From positions 17,298-81,297 of the forward strand of contig VYCM01000110.1 in NCBI GenBank assembly GCA_009843915.1: 64,000 bases of DNA, written 5' to 3'. This document shows positions 61,233 to 64,000 of this stretch, in pieces; the first letter of the stretch is position 1, and each line of letters starts with the position of its first letter. The translations under genes were made by a program, and so were the position numbers. Source of the stretch: Acidimicrobiaceae bacterium. GTDB taxonomy: Bacteria > Actinomycetota > Acidimicrobiia > Acidimicrobiales > Aldehydirespiratoraceae. The notes beneath the pieces were generated by a model, which saw only the letters and a list, made by a program, of their open reading frames with translations, searched no databases and was not told where the DNA came from.

Positions 61233-61344
61233 GGCCGCGTACGTCGCCCCACATTCGCACAATACACAAGTTCGACCCCCGATCTAGAAAAAAAGTCCCA
61301 CCAGGCCAGCCACCGAGCGCCGGCCGGCCATGAACGGCAATGGG

Positions 61345-63078
61345 TCAGGTTCCCACCGTGACCGTGACGGTGTGCCATCCCTCGGCGCCGTTGGGGGCGG
61401 GATCGACCGGCTCGCCGCTCTGGGTGATGCCGTCGCCGTCGGTGGCCCGCACCTGGATCCGGTGCCGGCCCTCGGTGGGCGTCCACTCGCGGTGCCACTG
61501 AACCCAGCTCTCGTCACCCAGGGCCTCGCCCAGCTGGCAGGGCAGCCATCCCTCGTTGTCGATGTTGACCTCGACCCGCTCGATGCCGCGGGTCGGCGCC
61601 CAGGCGATGCCGGCGATCGGAGTGGTCTGGCCGGCGACGATGCCGCGGCCGGCGTCCGGAACGTCGATGCGGCTCTGGGTCTTCATCGGCCCCTCCTTGG
61701 ACCAGCCCCTCGGCACCCAGTAGCCGTCGAAGCCGTCCCAAGTGGTGAGGTGGATCTCATCGATCCACTTCACGGCCGACACGTAGCCGTACAGGCCGGC
61801 CACCACCAGCCGGGCCGGGAAGCCGTGGTTGGTCGGCAGGAACTCGTCGTTCATGCCGATGGCGAGGATGGCGTTGCGTCCGTCGTACACCAGCGGGGTC
61901 GGGAAGCCGGCCGTCCAGTCGTCCACCGAGCGGCCCACCACCTGGTCCGCGCCGGCCTGAACCCCGGCCCGGTCCAGCAGCACCGAGAGCGGCACCCCGG
62001 TCCAGACCGCGTTGCCGACCAGGTTGCCTCCCACCCGGTTCGACACGCACGACAGGGTGATGACGTAGTCGGAGAGGTCCATGGCCTGGATCTCGTCGAA
62101 GGTGAGTTCGTAGGGATTGTCGACCATGCCGGTGAACCGCAGCCGCCAGCTGGTCGGGTCGATCTGAGGCACCTGGCCGAAGGCTGTGTCGATCCGGTAG
62201 AAGCTGTCGTTGGGCGTCACGTAGGACGAGATGCCGGCCACGTCGTCGTCCAGCGTGTCGAGCGCGGCCACCTGCTCCTGAATGGATGGCCCAGCCGGCG
62301 CCGGCGCGGTCGTGCTGGTGGTGGACGCCGGTGCTGCGGCCGCGTCAGTGGTGGACGGCCGGGGGGCCGTGGTGGTGGCCGCCGACCGCAGCGTGTTCGT
62401 CTCCAGGAACTGCTCCGCGGCCGACTGGCCCCGCAATGCCCGGCCCAGGCCGACCATGGCCAGCGCGGCGGCACCGGCGCCGACCGCATACGCGAAGAAG
62501 GCCCGCCGGGTCTGCACCTCTCCAGGTGCTGCCACCTCGGCAGCGGGCTCCGGCTGCCCCTGGTCCACCGGCAGGGTCGCCGGCGACCGGACAGCTCGCT
62601 TGGCCAGGCGGCCTACCAGCAGCAGCGTTGTCCCCGCGGCGAGCGCGGCGGCCGCCAGCCCCACCACCCATGATCCGGCTGCCGGGCTTATCGGGTTGCG
62701 GGCCGCGGCCCAACCGCCCAGCAGACCGAACAGCGCGAACCCGGCCAGCATCGCCCGCGGACGCCCGCGTGCTGCGAAGCGCCCCAGCACCCCGCCGAGA
62801 ACCAACGAGCCCACGATGATGCCTGCCGTGAGCAGGGTCTTCTGGCTGGCGCCGAAGTTGGCGATGCTGAACCTCACGACGTCGCCGGGGGTGTAGTCGC
62901 TGAGCAGCTCGCTCACCGCCACCACCAGCGACGGGATGGACTCCGAAGCCCCTTCCACGAGTTCGCCGAACCCCAGGCCGACGGCCGCGCCCGCAGTACC
63001 CGCCAGTGCGCCCATGAGTGAGGGAACGGCGTCGGGCGAGGATCCCGGATGCTCCCCGGTGGATTCTTGGTCTCTCAC
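61345..63078 (-). CDS. Membrane-anchored molybdopterin oxidoreductase of the sulfite-oxidase (SUOX) fold
   Basis: N-terminal multi-TM region, Ala/Thr/Pro linker, then an oxidoreductase Mo-binding domain with the conserved Cys in LSCVSNRVGG and a C-terminal Ig-like dimerisation-type domain. Start GTG 63078 or an internal ATG. Confidence 0.75.
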   Translation of the reverse strand: MRDQESTGEHPGSSPDAVPSLMGALAGTAGAAVGLGFGELVEGASESIPSLVVAVSELLSDYTPGDVVRFSIANFGASQKTLLTAGIIVGSLVLGGVLGRFAARGRPRAMLAGFALFGLLGGWAAARNPISPAAGSWVVGLAAAALAAGTTLLLVGRLAKRAVRSPATLPVDQGQPEPAAEVAAPGEVQTRRAFFAYAVGAGAAALAMVGLGRALRGQSAAEQFLETNTLRSAATTTAPRPSTTDAAAAPASTTSTTAPAPAGPSIQEQVAALDTLDDDVAGISSYVTPNDSFYRIDTAFGQVPQIDPTSWRLRFTGMVDNPYELTFDEIQAMDLSDYVITLSCVSNRVGGNLVGNAVWTGVPLSVLLDRAGVQAGADQVVGRSVDDWTAGFPTPLVYDGRNAILAIGMNDEFLPTNHGFPARLVVAGLYGYVSAVKWIDEIHLTTWDGFDGYWVPRGWSKEGPMKTQSRIDVPDAGRGIVAGQTTPIAGIAWAPTRGIERVEVNIDNEGWLPCQLGEALGDESWVQWHREWTPTEGRHRIQVRATDGDGITQSGEPVDPAPNGAEGWHTVTVTVGT

Positions 63079-63202
63079 GACTGGCTCCTTGGCCGCTTCG
63101 GTTCGATTGTTTCGCTCGTCGAGATCGTACGCCTTTCGTCACCGAGCGCAATGGGCCATAGTGAACAGATGGAGACAGGGATCCGGCGCCGGTGAAGCAC
63201 CG

Positions 63203-64000
63203 ATGACAGGCGGCTCCGGCGACCTGCGTCTCTGGGGCTACGACGACCGGGTGGCCGGTTCCGCAGAGGACGGAGCCCGGGTCGGGCGGGTCGTGCAGGT
63301 GGATCGAGGCGAATGCGACGTGGTGACGGCCGCGGGCATGGTGCGGGCCGGCTCCGACTCCGTGCGGGCCCAGGCTGAGACAGCTCCCGTCACCGGCGAC
63401 TGGGTGCAGGTGACAAGCCGACACGAGGTGGTGCTTATCGGCCGGGTGCTGCCCCGGCTCACGGCCCTGACCCGCCGGGATCCCGCCGAACGCGACGCCG
63501 AGCAGGTGCTGGCGGCCAACTTCGACGTCGTGGGCATCGTCGCCGGCCTCGATCGGCCCCTGCCGCCGGGACGATTCGAGCGCATGCTGGTGATGGCTCG
63601 TGACAGCGGGGCCGCCATAGCGATCTTGCTCACCAAGGCTGATCGGGCCCCGGATGCCGCCGCGGCGGCTGAGACGGTCCGGGCTGTGGCCGGCGATGTC
63701 GATGTCCTGACTCTGAGCGCGCGCCGCGACCTGGGCCTGGATCACCTGCGGTCCCGGCTCGGACCCGGTCGAACCATGGCCCTCGTGGGTGCTAGCGGAT
63801 CGGGAAAGTCGACCCTGGTGAACGCCCTGGCCCGTGCTGAGGTTGCCGTCACCGCGAAGGTCCGGTCGTCCGACCGGCGGGGCCGGCACACCACCGTGGC
63901 ACGCCGGCTCGTGCTCCTGCCCGACGGCGGCGGCATGGTGCTCGACACGCCGGGCGTGCGCGCCCTCGGCCTGATCGACGCGCAGGAGGCGTTGAGCCGC
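63203..64000 (+). CDS. rsgA: Ribosome small-subunit-dependent GTPase A (3' end outside the window)
   Basis: Translated by hand: MTGGSGDLRLWGYDD..., circularly permuted GTPase motifs LLTKAD, VGASGSGKSTLVNAL, GRHTT and DTPG. The frame is open to base 64000. It is absent from the ORF track because no stop lies in the window. Confidence 0.85.
   Translation, partial: MTGGSGDLRLWGYDDRVAGSAEDGARVGRVVQVDRGECDVVTAAGMVRAGSDSVRAQAETAPVTGDWVQVTSRHEVVLIGRVLPRLTALTRRDPAERDAEQVLAANFDVVGIVAGLDRPLPPGRFERMLVMARDSGAAIAILLTKADRAPDAAAAAETVRAVAGDVDVLTLSARRDLGLDHLRSRLGPGRTMALVGASGSGKSTLVNALARAEVAVTAKVRSSDRRGRHTTVARRLVLLPDGGGMVLDTPGVRALGLIDAQEALSR

Noticed and set aside
61281-61300. A run of seven T on the minus strand (plus strand ctagaaaaaaag) just downstream of the SUOX-fold gene, as a possible intrinsic terminator.
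   Set aside because: I could not find a convincing GC stem immediately preceding the T run. It may instead belong to the promoter region of the Mo-hydroxylase gene (a TATTGT -10-like hexamer lies about 30 nt further on). It is left uncalled.
1-64000. Scan for mobile elements, prophage, defence systems (RM, TA, CRISPR-Cas, Abi-like), tRNA or rRNA genes, and riboswitches.
   Set aside because: No integrase, transposase, recombinase, nuclease, helicase or toxin-like translations appear. No terminal inverted repeats or tRNA-like cloverleaf candidates were noticed. Intergenic regions are short (250 nt or less). If the window holds something novel, it looks metabolic rather than defence-related.

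Overview
High-GC (roughly two-thirds G+C by eye), Actinomycetota-like chromosomal segment that is almost fully coding. I call about 58 CDS. I recognised no rRNA, tRNA, CRISPR array, transposase, integrase, or defence or toxin genes. All family assignments come from reading motifs in the supplied translations; no database search was run.

Gene content is accessory metabolism arranged in tight operons, many with 1-4 nt start/stop overlaps:
- 1-11.7 kb: a non-phosphorylative deoxyhexose (L-rhamnose/L-fucose-type) sugar-acid locus. It holds two RhamD-like enolase-superfamily dehydratases, a DapA-like aldolase, a lactonase-like amidohydrolase, Gfo/SDR dehydrogenases, rhamnose mutarotase, two PhyH dioxygenases, an EthD protein and an ATPase-less CUT1 ABC importer.
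- 11.7-17.2 kb: an uncharacterised 408-aa protein, a Gfo/Idh/MocA oxidoreductase and a second CUT1 importer.
- 17.3-25.3 kb: a CocE/NonD hydrolase coupled to an OSBS/N-succinylamino-acid-racemase-type enolase, then MBL, SDR, SDR and PPOX-like genes, an orphan OppF-type ATPase and an aminotransferase.
- 25.3-36.6 kb: a LacI-controlled glycan locus. It has two perfect CelR/CebR-type palindromes around a near-consensus promoter, an SBP with a long Ala-rich tether, two permeases, a ManD-type dehydratase, an SDR, a GH16 lipoprotein with a poly-Thr linker, and a 1135-aa cytoplasmic protein carrying GH94-clan-like phosphorylase motifs.
- 36.7-44 kb: a Dpp/Opp-type peptide importer with only one ATPase, plus amidohydrolase, alpha/beta-fold and Ntn-hydrolase genes.
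- 44-53.6 kb: an ADH, a second CocE/NonD, and a 7-gene operon (PPOX-like, aminotransferase, M20 peptidase, RraA-like, free-standing lipoyl domain, SDR, fused E1 alpha-beta) with no E2 core or E3.
- 53.6-63.1 kb: a purine/molybdoenzyme cluster (cupin, PRTase, 8-oxoguanine-deaminase-like, LLM oxidoreductase, short SsnA-like amidohydrolase coupled to an XdhD/Mop-type Mo-enzyme, membrane SUOX-fold protein).
- Window end: a 3'-truncated rsgA.

The most novel-looking candidates are the giant phosphorylase-like gene with its locus, the orphan lipoyl-carrier/fused-E1 operon, and the uncharacterised protein paired with Gfo/Idh/MocA.
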